Source: an uncultured Acidobacteriota bacterium
GTDB taxonomy: Bacteria > Acidobacteriota > Blastocatellia > RBC074
Length of the DNA: 64,000 bases
Assembly: GCA_963796275.1 (NCBI GenBank)
Contig: CAWCKY010000004.1
Span: forward strand, 1,472,001 to 1,536,000
Direction of reading: 5' to 3'
The position numbers and the translations under genes were made by a program. Below are positions 33,180 through 42,593 of this stretch, piece after piece. Under the pieces are notes generated by a model. The model did not search any database and was not told where the DNA came from. It saw only the letters and a list, made by a program, of their open reading frames with translations. How positions within the stretch are numbered: position 1 is the stretch's first letter; each line of letters begins with the position of its first letter.

Positions 33180-36011
33180 TTATAAAAGCGCCTCGTCTAT
33201 CTCGATCAGTCCTCGCGCCGCCAGTCCTCGCGGATAGACAGTGGCCAGCCACGCTATAACCTTTGTCAGCGGCCAATCCCGCCTGAGCGCCGATACTCTA
33301 GCCCTCGCGTTACGCTCATATGGATTGGTGGTGAACGTCCACAATTCGGCGGGCGAGAGATCGAGTTGGATCATCTCCACGATCTGATCCTGTCCCGATC
33401 CGAGCGCCAGGACGTATTGCGCATACTCTCCCGCGATGTTGTGGATCGCGCTGATCGCCGCCGCCGCGTTTTCCGACAACCCGGCGTCCGCAATCAGCTG
33501 CGAACAATCGCCGATCTGCTTGCCGATGACCTTGATACCGGCAGTCTTCGTGACATCGTGGATTCCGGCAAAGTCTTCGTATGCATGCGTCGCCAGCATC
33601 GTCACGACCGCCTCTTTGCGGCCCATGCGAGCTCCTTTTTTGATCACCCGCAGAATCTCAGGGTACTGCGCCGCGATCTTCCAGACCTCGTCAAAGATCA
33701 GAAGCGCCGGCGTTCGCGTCCCGTCCGATTTGAGCCGGCCTATCGAACGCACCACTCGAGCCGCGACACGATTTGCCAATGTCTCGCGCACGTCCTGGGG
33801 GAAGGCGTCCAGACTGTCGAGTTCATAAACGTCATACGGCGAATCTGCGGCAAAGTCGGGATGCGTCGGCGCATCGAGCCAGGGATGGTCGCGATACTTC
33901 TCCAGGGCCAGCGCCAGCGTCGCGGCGCGCTCGCGCAATCCCACCGTCTGGAATGGATAACTTTCGAGCATCGCAAGCAGATGCGAATGCACTGGCTCGT
34001 GTTTCGGTCTGTCGTGGCCGTTCCGAGGAACTTCATTCCTGTAGACCTCGGTGATGACATTGGTGAGGATATCTTCCGCCACGTTGTCATCCGGCTTGCC
34101 CCTGGCCAGTTTCATCGCATCCATCACGACCAGCGCGATCTGCGTCTCGTCGGGCATCTCTCCCAGCTCCAGCCCCGGATAGTCCCAGACGTTAATGGCG
34201 CGCTTATCGTCTATGCTGAAGCGAAGATGTCTCCCTCTCGTCACATCGGCGTGCGGGCCCAGCGACTCTCCAAAATCCACGGCGCGCACCAGCGCTTCCG
34301 GCAAGGTCGCGAGCACGTCATTGATGACGCGGGCCATGAATGTCGATTTACCGCTCCCCGGCTCGCCGAGCACGAGAGCGAGCGGAGAGCTGATCTTCGC
34401 GCTGTCAAAGAGGTTCAGGCCGATCAACCTTCCAGTCGGCGTCGAGCAGAGCGTGTGCGGCCTCCGCGCTCCTTCCCATGCCGATTCAACCGGGGCGAGC
34501 GCGGCGAGCGATCCCGCGACCTCGGTGATCTCCCTGCCCATCGGTCGATGATCTGCTTCGCCGACGATCGCCCGGTGATATAAGGCACGCAGGGAATCCG
34601 GTTCCTCGCGCGCCGCCTCCACTCCGGGGATCGATTGCATTGCTGTGACCATCTGCTCGCAATACCTGTCGAGATTGTCGAGAGACTGCCTCAGTTCACC
34701 TCGCGTGCGTGCCGGTTCCGCGTAGATGACGGCGTAGAAACGCGTATCGATCAGCGCTTCTCTCGATCCGGTGACGTGATCGCGAACGGTTTCGAGATCG
34801 AGCAGCGCCGCGCGCGCTTCCGGTGACTGCTTCACACGCCCGTCCGCGCGTGTGTACGAGCGTCGTACCTGGCGTATGCGCCGGTCGAGACGTTTTGTGG
34901 CCTTGCGTTGGTCGAGGTATGTGAACTCGGCGATGATCGTGTGGCGAAAATTGAGTGACGGATTCAATGTCAATGAGCGCAATGCATCGGCCGTAATCGC
35001 CGGCTGCGGTGGAGTGAACATCGAGACGATCGCCGCTGGATGTGCCCCGTGCATAATGTGCGAGCCGCTTCCGTCTATCGTCTCGCCGCAGAGATATTCA
35101 CGAATGTCGAAGCCCGGCACAACTGGCAGTATCGGAACACTCCGCGCATTCTGCCTGTGGCCCAAATAGATCGCCTCCCACAACTCTTGCCGGTTGAAAC
35201 GCCGCAGTGACAACGGACATTCGCGCTCGATGAGGCGAAAGACCTTCTCCGCCCTCCCATACGCTTCCCGTTCATCTTTGAGGAGCCGGCGCACCACGCC
35301 GTCGTCGGCGGTCTCCGCCCAGATCGCGCGAATTGTTTTGGGAAGTTTCGTAATGCCGTGCTTTCCAACCTCATCCAGAGCGGCGGGAATGAACGCGCTC
35401 AATCCGCTGTTTGTATCATCTCCCTTCTGACGAACCGGCACGCGCGCCCAGATCGAGAGCGCCTGCCGGCGATAGCTGTGCGCCGCCGCCGCTGCCGCAT
35501 AGAAATCGATATTCATCGCGTGCAGCAGTGCCGCTTCAGGATGCACCAGCGCGGGATCGCCCAAGGCCGCAATATGCGCGTTGATCGCGGCGCCAGGGTC
35601 GGGACCGGACGAAAAACGGAACTGGATCACCGTCCCTGGCGGCTTGTCCACGGCGAGCATTCGCGCCAGTTCGTCACAACGTGCCTCAACGACATGTTCG
35701 TGCGCGAGCATCGTCGGCGCCGTCTGCGCCTCCCACGCGCACGTGTAGGATCCGTCGGTGTGCCGCAGAGCGCCGTCGCAAAATCCGGCAATGGAAGAGT
35801 CGCGCTTTCGACCCGGAGGTGAGGCGAGTTTCAATCGTTCTTCTTTATGTTCCGCAATTCGCCGGTGAAGTTCCGCTTCCTCGCTCCGCTTCCATGCTTG
35901 CAAATCTCGACGGGCGCGAAGCGCGATGGGCAGCAGACGCGATCCGGCGCTGATGCCCAAACCCGCGCCTGCCGCCGCGATGGCGCCTCCGATGATCGTT
36001 AACGGTTCCAT
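33180..36011 (-). CDS. virB4: VirB4-family T4SS ATPase
   Basis: 943 aa. Walker A GEPGSGKST, VDFG, INVWD, Walker B LLIFDEVW, RMGRK, C-terminal TTNPYER. Confidence 0.85.
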   Translation of the reverse strand: MEPLTIIGGAIAAAGAGLGISAGSRLLPIALRARRDLQAWKRSEEAELHRRIAEHKEERLKLASPPGRKRDSSIAGFCDGALRHTDGSYTCAWEAQTAPTMLAHEHVVEARCDELARMLAVDKPPGTVIQFRFSSGPDPGAAINAHIAALGDPALVHPEAALLHAMNIDFYAAAAAAHSYRRQALSIWARVPVRQKGDDTNSGLSAFIPAALDEVGKHGITKLPKTIRAIWAETADDGVVRRLLKDEREAYGRAEKVFRLIERECPLSLRRFNRQELWEAIYLGHRQNARSVPILPVVPGFDIREYLCGETIDGSGSHIMHGAHPAAIVSMFTPPQPAITADALRSLTLNPSLNFRHTIIAEFTYLDQRKATKRLDRRIRQVRRSYTRADGRVKQSPEARAALLDLETVRDHVTGSREALIDTRFYAVIYAEPARTRGELRQSLDNLDRYCEQMVTAMQSIPGVEAAREEPDSLRALYHRAIVGEADHRPMGREITEVAGSLAALAPVESAWEGARRPHTLCSTPTGRLIGLNLFDSAKISSPLALVLGEPGSGKSTFMARVINDVLATLPEALVRAVDFGESLGPHADVTRGRHLRFSIDDKRAINVWDYPGLELGEMPDETQIALVVMDAMKLARGKPDDNVAEDILTNVITEVYRNEVPRNGHDRPKHEPVHSHLLAMLESYPFQTVGLRERAATLALALEKYRDHPWLDAPTHPDFAADSPYDVYELDSLDAFPQDVRETLANRVAARVVRSIGRLKSDGTRTPALLIFDEVWKIAAQYPEILRVIKKGARMGRKEAVVTMLATHAYEDFAGIHDVTKTAGIKVIGKQIGDCSQLIADAGLSENAAAAISAIHNIAGEYAQYVLALGSGQDQIVEMIQLDLSPAELWTFTTNPYERNARARVSALRRDWPLTKVIAWLATVYPRGLAARGLIEIDEALL

Positions 36012-36358
36012 ACCACTTGTCTTTCACCCCCGATGATCCATCGCCGCCTCGGCTGTCGCGCTCTATCTATCGGGAGCGCGCGCCGATGGATCGGGCTTGT
36101 AAACATTGCGCGTGACCTGTGCTGCAGCCAATAAGGACGCCGCCCAATACGCGCGTAGTTGAAGAAGGCTATGGAGAGCGCCGCTGCGCTCAGTCCCGTC
36201 CACAATTCCAGCGGCGCTCCCCATAGCTTCAGGTCGAACAGAAACGGCGTCGAGTAGGCGATCAGCGTGGCCACAATGACGAACTTCCAGTCCGAGATGA
36301 GCACGCCGAATCGCGCCACCGGCAAGTAGATGTTCGGCCTGATCGATCTAAGCCTCAT
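35999..36358 (-). CDS. VirB3-like small membrane protein
   Basis: MRLRSIRPNIYLPVARFGV..., two TM helices, overlapping the virB4 start. Confidence 0.6.
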   Translation of the reverse strand: MRLRSIRPNIYLPVARFGVLISDWKFVIVATLIAYSTPFLFDLKLWGAPLELWTGLSAAALSIAFFNYARIGRRPYWLQHRSRAMFTSPIHRRALPIDRARQPRRRWIIGGERQVVWNR

Positions 36359-36372
36359 GACTTGTCCCCGCT

Positions 36373-36780
36373 TCAATTTCCCAGATCGGTATCTAAATTG
36401 ACTGCATTCCCCTGGCTGAAACTGTAGATGAGCGACAGGATTCCACCCAGGCTCATACAAATGCCTCCGCCGAGCATCTGCCTGCCCCAAGCCTTTTCCA
36501 TCATGATGTTCGCCGAACCCCATCCCACGCCGCCGACGCCCAGAAGGAAGAGCAGGTTCCGCCCCCATCTGATCGCCTCCCGCACGCCGCTGCCCAACTG
36601 CTGATCATTGCCGCCGAATAGATTGCCGCCAGGCGTTTGCGCAAACGCGGGAACGGTCATCAGTAACACGGTGGCGACAAGGATCAACACAGGTTCAATA
36701 GCCCCAATCAGAACGGCGAGTTGAACAAATGAACGACCCGCTCTGGCAACGCGCGAGCGTTCAAACAGGTCGTCATCCAT
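36373..36780 (-). CDS. VirB2/TrbC-like pilin (start uncertain)
   Basis: Signal ending VPAFA-Q, then two Gly-rich hydrophobic helices separated by a short basic loop. First gene of the virB2-B6 run. Confidence 0.65.
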   Translation of the reverse strand: MDDDLFERSRVARAGRSFVQLAVLIGAIEPVLILVATVLLMTVPAFAQTPGGNLFGGNDQQLGSGVREAIRWGRNLLFLLGVGGVGWGSANIMMEKAWGRQMLGGGICMSLGGILSLIYSFSQGNAVNLDTDLGN

Positions 36781-36950
36781 ATCGCAAATACCTGAACGCA
36801 AACGAATCCCTCTCAAGCTATACATATGCTCTACTCCATGGTCGATATGATTTGTGTCTGATTCGCCCGCCTTTTCGCCGCGACCGCACATCCGAATCCG
36901 CAGGAATAATTCCAAGAACTCACAGCGGGCAGTTGCGCTCACATAGCAAA

Positions 36951-36965
36951 TCAAACCTCGTGCCA
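36951..36965 (-). promoter_or_regulatory. Sigma54-like -24/-12 element heading the leftward virB operon
   Basis: Minus strand reads TGGCACGAGGTTTGA = GG-N10-GA (non-canonical -12). Confidence 0.4.
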
Positions 36966-37030
36966 CACATTCGCTTGCGGCATCGCTGTTGCTGAGTTAG
37001 CCTGTCGAACTATGTGATGGCGGAGGATGA

Positions 37031-37773
37031 ATGAAGAGGACTGAAAACATCCTGTATTGCAGAGATTTTCTTGTTGATGATTGCTACTACGGCCAGCTGC
37101 GCAAGAAAAAATGTCGAACGATCGCGTGCGAGCAAATGATCGCTCGCAACGAGGCGAAGCACCTGCGCTCGCGTCAAAACCTGATCAGGATTCTACGCGA
37201 TCAGCCGAGCTTCTGGATCGAGTTGCAGGCAATAGCGAGGCGGCTCAAAACAGAGCCCGCGTGGTTGTTGAATGTGATGGCGAGCGAATCATTGTTCGAT
37301 CATACAGCTCGCAATGGGCTTTCCGGACAGACCGCCACAGGATTGTTGCAGTTCATCGAGAGCACGGCGCGGAACATGGGGACGACCACCGAAGCGATCA
37401 GTCGAATGAGCCCTGTCGAACAATTGCGCTTGGTCGAGAGATACCTCACGCCGTTTTGCGGCCGTCTCAACAGCCTGGCCGATGTTTACCTGGCGGTTTT
37501 TCGAGGCTTCATCGTTAAAGGAGGAGATGCGACAGTACATCGCGCCTCTCGATAAATCAAGTAAGAGAGCAGCGTATCTATTCGTTAAACAGGTGGCTCG
37601 ATTTCGATGGTGACGGCAAGATATCCAAGGGCGAGCTGGCGCTCGCGGCGCTCGCCATCGGCCGATTCCAACCAATCACGCCACGGTCCGGCGGGAGACT
37701 CTATCGCAACCCTGCGGAAGCCCCTGATCCTAAGACTGAAACTCCACAGACCCGTTCGATCTATTTTCGTTAG
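37031..37773 (+). CDS. Lytic transglycosylase (VirB1-like), frameshifted; probable lipoprotein with C-terminal EF-hand-like loop
   Basis: WLLNVMASES, ATGLLQFIESTA, QLRLVERY. An alternate N-terminal frame reads LLMIATTASC. An alternate C-terminal frame reads NRWLDFDGDGKISKGEL up to TAG at 37773. Confidence 0.75.
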
Positions 37774-37875
37774 CTCAATTCTTGCCACTCAATCATCGTT
37801 CTCCGTTACGTTGCCAGTCACCTTTTGAACGCGGTGACTGATACTCGATCAGGCAGAAACCCCAAGCTTTACTTA

Positions 37876-38010
37876 GGCTGTCGGTGTATCCGACACAGCG
37901 CGTCGGATGTTCGACAAAAGGGGTCACAGGAAAACGAAGAATATGTTGAATGAAGCTATTATGCGAAGGAGAGCAAGAGGTGCCGAGACTATCGACACGG
38001 CAATATCTAG
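37876..38010 (+). repeat. ~135 bp diverged direct repeat, copy 1, with three TGTCGG-N4/5-CCGACA-type palindromes
   Basis: Aligns by eye with 46755-46887, including GTTGAAyGAAGCTATTATGyGAAG and the terminal CAATATCTAG. Confidence 0.85.
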
Positions 38011-38452
38011 GTAGGCCAGCTGTTTTACGGACTGTTTTACGTCTGGTAAGGGCGGAAACGAAAAAACAGGGCGCTTTAGCAGCTTTAGCGTTCTTCCCCC
38101 TATGACTTTAGTCCTCGGGTTTAGACGCTCCGCGTGTCACGCCCGGAGGCAGCCAGCGCTCAGCCGCCAGGTCGCGGTCCTGCTGCGAGATCTTCCCAAC
38201 AGTGTCCCTCGTAATCCAGTGCGCGATAGATCCGACTGCCCCAAAATCCTGGGGCCCGGGAATGATCTCTGCGCTTTCGGCCTTTGCCCGAGCGAATGTC
38301 CGTCTACGTCTTCGACGTAGTGAATTGGCTACGCTTTGAAGCGGTCCGAGAGTTGATTGAGCTTGGGTTGTTTGAACTATATCGTCCCATCAAAATCTAA
38401 CTTTGACAAAGTAGTATTAAGGAATGCGTCAATCACTATCTAGCGAAAACGA

Positions 38453-39043
38453 TTACGCCTCAACATTTCTGCCCGCCTGCTTACTTTTTAATTCCCTTTC
38501 TGCTTTTCCACAAACTTCAATTCCCAACATCCTGGCCTGCTCCACTAACTCCTGCCATTGTTCCTGCTCGCGCGCCAGGCGTTCCTTGACTTCGGCTTCT
38601 TGCTGAGCAATCTGCTGTCGCTGAGTGTCGAACCTCTGCCGGCCGCCCTCTGTCATCTTCATCTTCACCGTTTCCAACTGCGCCCGCTCGCTCGCTTCCA
38701 GGTCTGGCTGCCCCAATCGCTCGTCATACTCGGCCATTTCCTGGTTGAATCCACTATCTTGCGCTTCCAGCCGCTGTTTGACCTTTTGCGCCTGCTCGAT
38801 CTCGCGCTCCAATTGGGCCAGCTTCGCCTGCTGCGATTCGAGCCGGAGCTTAAGCATTTCGATCTTCAAACTTCGCACTTCCGCCGCCAGGCGCCGCACC
38901 AGGGCGGCGAGGTCCGGGACCTGCCGGGCAGCGTCATTCGCGGCAGTTGGCCCCGCAGTTTGGCCGTTGGTCTGCGCCCAACCTGTGACCGTGGCTATGA
39001 TCACCAGACAGGCAGTCGTCACAATCAATCTCGCTCGTTGCAT
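38453..39043 (-). CDS. Secreted coiled-coil hypothetical protein
   Basis: Signal peptide (TGWA-Q) and Glu/Gln/Arg-rich heptads; GGAG RBS upstream. Confidence 0.7.
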   Translation of the reverse strand: MQRARLIVTTACLVIIATVTGWAQTNGQTAGPTAANDAARQVPDLAALVRRLAAEVRSLKIEMLKLRLESQQAKLAQLEREIEQAQKVKQRLEAQDSGFNQEMAEYDERLGQPDLEASERAQLETVKMKMTEGGRQRFDTQRQQIAQQEAEVKERLAREQEQWQELVEQARMLGIEVCGKAERELKSKQAGRNVEA

Positions 39044-39209
39044 GTTTATCTCTCCGTGTGAAGCGCCTGTCGCCAGACACGGGTCATCAACTCAATGAAC
39101 GAGGCGGGAGGATTGCGAGCGATCTTCCCTGGCATCCGTCCGGCAGGATGCCCATCGCCACAATCCTCGTCGCTTCGCTCGCGCGTGGCGCCAATCGCTA
39201 TCAGCTCAC

Positions 39210-39740
39210 TTACTGCTGCCTATAGATGAGCACCACGTTGTCAATTTCGAAGTCATCGAGTTGGCCGCCAATGTTGCCGTCTGCGTTCCGAGAGCCGATG
39301 AACAGCCTGTTGCCGGCCTCTGTAAGCGTGTTATTCCCGACTATCCCGATCTCCGAAAAGTACTCGCCGTCATGGTCATCATGGTGCGGGAGCAGGGCGT
39401 TCGTGACCGCGACCCCATTGATCGTGATGACGTTGTTACTGAAATCCACGTCCCTAGTCCGGAGCAGCAGGACCGCTCTCATGCCGGCATTAACGTCTGG
39501 AGCGTCGAAGATGACCTCGTAATCATCGCCGACGCCGCTGTCGCCGAGATGCACAGGGCTGCCGATGAGGACGCGGAAGCTGGATTGGTCGACCAGGGCG
39601 GACGAAGCCAGCGCATTAGACGCCGACGTCGCGCTACCGATCACCGAGAGTGGCAATGCCAATGACAACGCGGCCAGAATCATCGCGAATCTCGCCACGC
39701 TCTTTTTTCCAAATTTGCTGAGTGTATGCTGTTTAATCAT
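39210..39740 (-). CDS. Secreted beta-sandwich-like hypothetical protein
   Basis: Signal peptide, alternating hydrophobic strands, C-terminal LDDFEIDNVVLIY; AAAGGA RBS upstream. Confidence 0.7.
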   Translation of the reverse strand: MIKQHTLSKFGKKSVARFAMILAALSLALPLSVIGSATSASNALASSALVDQSSFRVLIGSPVHLGDSGVGDDYEVIFDAPDVNAGMRAVLLLRTRDVDFSNNVITINGVAVTNALLPHHDDHDGEYFSEIGIVGNNTLTEAGNRLFIGSRNADGNIGGQLDDFEIDNVVLIYRQQ

Positions 39741-39976
39741 GTATTTTTTCCTTTCAAGTTAGTTTCAGTTACTCCAATCAAGCGCCCTCGGCCAACGACT
39801 CCCCCTTCTGTTCAACCTCCGGGAGATAGCCGATGCGCCTTTTCGAGCGATCATTTGCTCGCTCTATTGAGAGAAGATGCGAACCGGGAGGAGATATGGA
39901 CAGCGGGCGAAAAAACTTTTCACTTGGTGCCCTCCTTCTCCTCCGCATCGAGCCGCCGCGCGAGATAAGCCGTCTA

Positions 39977-40206
39977 CTACACTGCCCACAAATGCTCGGT
40001 CTCCACAACAGTTGCGGATGACAGGTTGGCTCGGAGCGCCCGCGCGCACGGCAGCCACTCTACGTTCTCTCTCAACCGCCTCTGGCACTCTGCGCAGCGA
40101 ATCACGTGCTCGTCCACTGCAAGCAACTCCGCTGGGTCGAGAATGCGCTGGCGGCAGCGTGCGATCTGTTCCTTTGTCAGGTGCGGTGTAATTTTGGATT
40201 CCCCAT
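39977..40206 (-). pseudogene. Truncated zinc-finger (zf-HC2, HxxxCxxC) anti-sigma factor
   Basis: Manual translation HLTKEQIARCRQRILDPAELLAVDEHVIRCAECQRRL...TEHLWAV*. Out of frame with the ATG at 40206 by one missing A. Directly downstream of the ECF-like gene. Confidence 0.7.
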
Positions 40207-40253
40207 GTGGCTAGTGACGCGAAACTCCGCCGCGTATAGCTACCCGCGCGGAA

Positions 40254-41405
40254 TTATTTTTCCTGCGCGTTCCCCAACCGCCGTCCCAGGCGGCGGCGCG
40301 CCGCCTGCCGCAGGTTGATCACATTCTGGCGCGTGGTTCCCAGCATCACGGCAATCGTCGCGTCCTCAATCGGCAGTTGCTGCCAGAGCAGTGAGAACTT
40401 TTCGCCATAACTCCGGAGCGATGCGGCCCGCCGCTGCTGCTCGCCGCTCAAAGGCAACAAGGGCCACAAACGGTCGAACTGCTCGTCGGCGATTTCGAGC
40501 GTCGCGCCGATGCGCTCAATGGAGGCCACCCCGTGCCACCAGAAGAGGGCGATCTCACCGTCGGCGTCGGTGAAGTTGAGCAGGTAAGAGATCCTTTGCA
40601 GCGGCGGCAACTGCTCTACCTCGCGCCATACGGAGGCCAGAAACTGTCGCCACTGGACCTCCTCGTCGGAGCGCGGCCCGGTATCGGGCAAGGCGGCCAG
40701 CCAGCCCGCTTGCACGTCGTCGTCCACGGGGTCCGTCTCCGGCGCGTAATCCCTGACGCCCTGCAACTCCGCCACGAGGTTGATCAGATCGTCGAACCGC
40801 AGCGGGTGTCCGAAGTCGTTGAAGATGGCCGTCAGCAGTTCAGTGTGATCCAGCCGCTGCGCGTCGCGGCACGCCAGGACGCGGGCGCTGAAGCTCTGCG
40901 GGTCGTCGAGCATTTGCCGGAAGCCGCTGCCCTGCGGCAAGCCCGGCGTCTGGTCGCGCCAATCCGCCAATCCGCAAAGCTGCGATTGGTCAGCCCCGTA
41001 CCACAAGGCGAACTGCGGCTGGCGGTTGAGCAGATGACGGATGAAATCTTTCAGACTGCGGCGGCGCGGGCTTTCGCGCCGTAGTTCACCGCGGCAGACG
41101 TTGGCGGCGACGACCGAGACGTAATGGCCGAAGTCGGAAATGGGTTTGCCTGACGGGTTGGCCCGACAGTTTTGCAGCAATTCGACGACGCGGATGATGA
41201 TTTCGCTACGAAGGTCTTCGGCCTCCCGGCCGCGCCCCGCGACCCGTTCGATCACGGGCCGGGCGTGTTGTTCGATCAGAATGACCAGCCAATCGGCAGC
41301 CTCGGCCTCATCTGCGGCTTGCAAAAGGGGCACAAGCAAAGGATCGGGTTGGCCTCCTTCTCTATAGATGTGACGGATGATTACGCGAGATTTGGCTGTT
41401 CGCAT
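40254..41405 (-). CDS. ECF-like sigma-70 family factor with large central insertion
   Basis: Region-2-like AEDLRSEII...DFGHYVSVVAANVCR and region-4-like EVEQLPPLQRISYLL...IAVMLGTTRQNVINLRQAARRRL. Confidence 0.75.
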   Translation of the reverse strand: MRTAKSRVIIRHIYREGGQPDPLLVPLLQAADEAEAADWLVILIEQHARPVIERVAGRGREAEDLRSEIIIRVVELLQNCRANPSGKPISDFGHYVSVVAANVCRGELRRESPRRRSLKDFIRHLLNRQPQFALWYGADQSQLCGLADWRDQTPGLPQGSGFRQMLDDPQSFSARVLACRDAQRLDHTELLTAIFNDFGHPLRFDDLINLVAELQGVRDYAPETDPVDDDVQAGWLAALPDTGPRSDEEVQWRQFLASVWREVEQLPPLQRISYLLNFTDADGEIALFWWHGVASIERIGATLEIADEQFDRLWPLLPLSGEQQRRAASLRSYGEKFSLLWQQLPIEDATIAVMLGTTRQNVINLRQAARRRLGRRLGNAQEK

Positions 41406-41668
41406 ATATGAACTCCATTCGTGAGAAATAGCTCTGTAGGATGAGTGGCCAGGGGAAGGCCATCATTCCCGATTATGTGATTTGTTGTGGCGCGCTATGG
41501 CTTTAGCGCGTAGGCGCATTCTCGAAGAAGTCCCAGATAGCGCCCATAAAATTCCATTCGGACCATTTGTGTGGCAGCGCCGGGTCGATAGCGGAAATGA
41601 CGACAAGGCCGTTCTTCGGATTCGTTTATCGCATCAACTCGACGCGGGCCGGCGCGCCGAACAGTGTG

Positions 41669-42279
41669 TTACTCGTACAGCATCGTGGTGATGTTCTCCT
41701 TGGAGATGGAGCGCCAGAAGGTATCGGCGGGATCCGAGCGGTTGGTCCATCGCTCGATGCGCGCAAACAGCCCTTCAATGCGCGGCCGGTAGCGGCGAAT
41801 CAGAAAGCCGTCTCGCATTCGTTCGTCTATCTTCCCATTCTCCTTGAGCACTGGAACCAGGTCTTCAGCGCCCGAGAGAATAAAGATATCGGACTCTTCG
41901 CCGCCGCGATATTGAGGCATCCCTTTGTCGGTCTTTCGTGTGATCGACGGCAGCGAGAGCTCCAGCCAAAGCCGAACGCACCGTTTCCGGCGCCGGAATC
42001 GTAAGAGAGTGACAGTTGCGGGCCGAATCCCGCTCTGCCGGAGCTGGTGTAGATCGGAACAGAAAGAGAGCCCGTGCCGGTGACGGGATTGGCGGCAAAC
42101 TTCTCGCCCATTCCACGAATCGCACCACCGCCTTTGGGCAATGAGATAGAAGGAGGAGCGAAAATGCTCTTCTCCTGTTCGCTTTGACCTTTTTGAGACG
42201 GCTGCTCTTTAGCTGAGGCTTCTTTTTTCTGGTTCATGATATGACTCGATGGTGGAGCATAGGGTTCATTGACATACAA
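41669..42279 (-). pseudogene. N-terminal SpvB/TcaC (Tc toxin B-subunit) fragment, truncated
   Basis: SISLPKGGGAIRGMGEKFAANPVTGTGSLSVP, PQLSLSYDSGAGNGAFGFGW, ITRKTDKG, SGAEDLVP, RYRPRIEGLFARIERW. Ends after ~200 aa; full-length family members are far larger. Confidence 0.88.
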
Positions 42280-42393
42280 TTACATCTCACTCACGGACGT
42301 TTGGCTTAGTAGACGTATAGCCGAGTGTTCATAGATTGCCCTGGCCACTGCTTTGCCTTACAATGATTTTTCTCTCCGGATTTGGCCATTCCG

Positions 42394-42593
42394 CATCAAT
42401 TAAACGCTGTTATCTTTAATCCGGATATCGCGGCAGTAGCGTGACAGAACAAAGAATACTGTTAACATCCTTTGCAAGTCCTGGGAAAGTTCTGGGAAAT
42501 ACCTGAGAAAACACTGGGAGGTCCCGACTCTCATGCAGCCTTCAGCCAGACTCGTCTACCATTTTGGCCTTTTCCGGCTCGACACCGGCGAAC
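42394..42593 (+). repeat. ~200 bp diverged direct repeat, copy 1: divergent promoter with 11-bp-phased CTGGGAAA boxes plus first ~20 codons of the regulator
   Basis: Aligns with 46467-46669. Boxes at 42481, 42492, 42503 and 42514. Confidence 0.85.

Noticed and set aside
41669-42279. Functional Tc/Rhs toxin system
   Set aside because: Only ~200 aa of the SpvB N-terminus is present, with no Rhs core, TcA subunit or immunity gene.
42339-42349. True attR of the tRNA-Phe element
   Set aside because: The match is only 10 bp, no integrase is nearby, and essential transfer genes lie to its right. It is kept only as a possible secondary core site.
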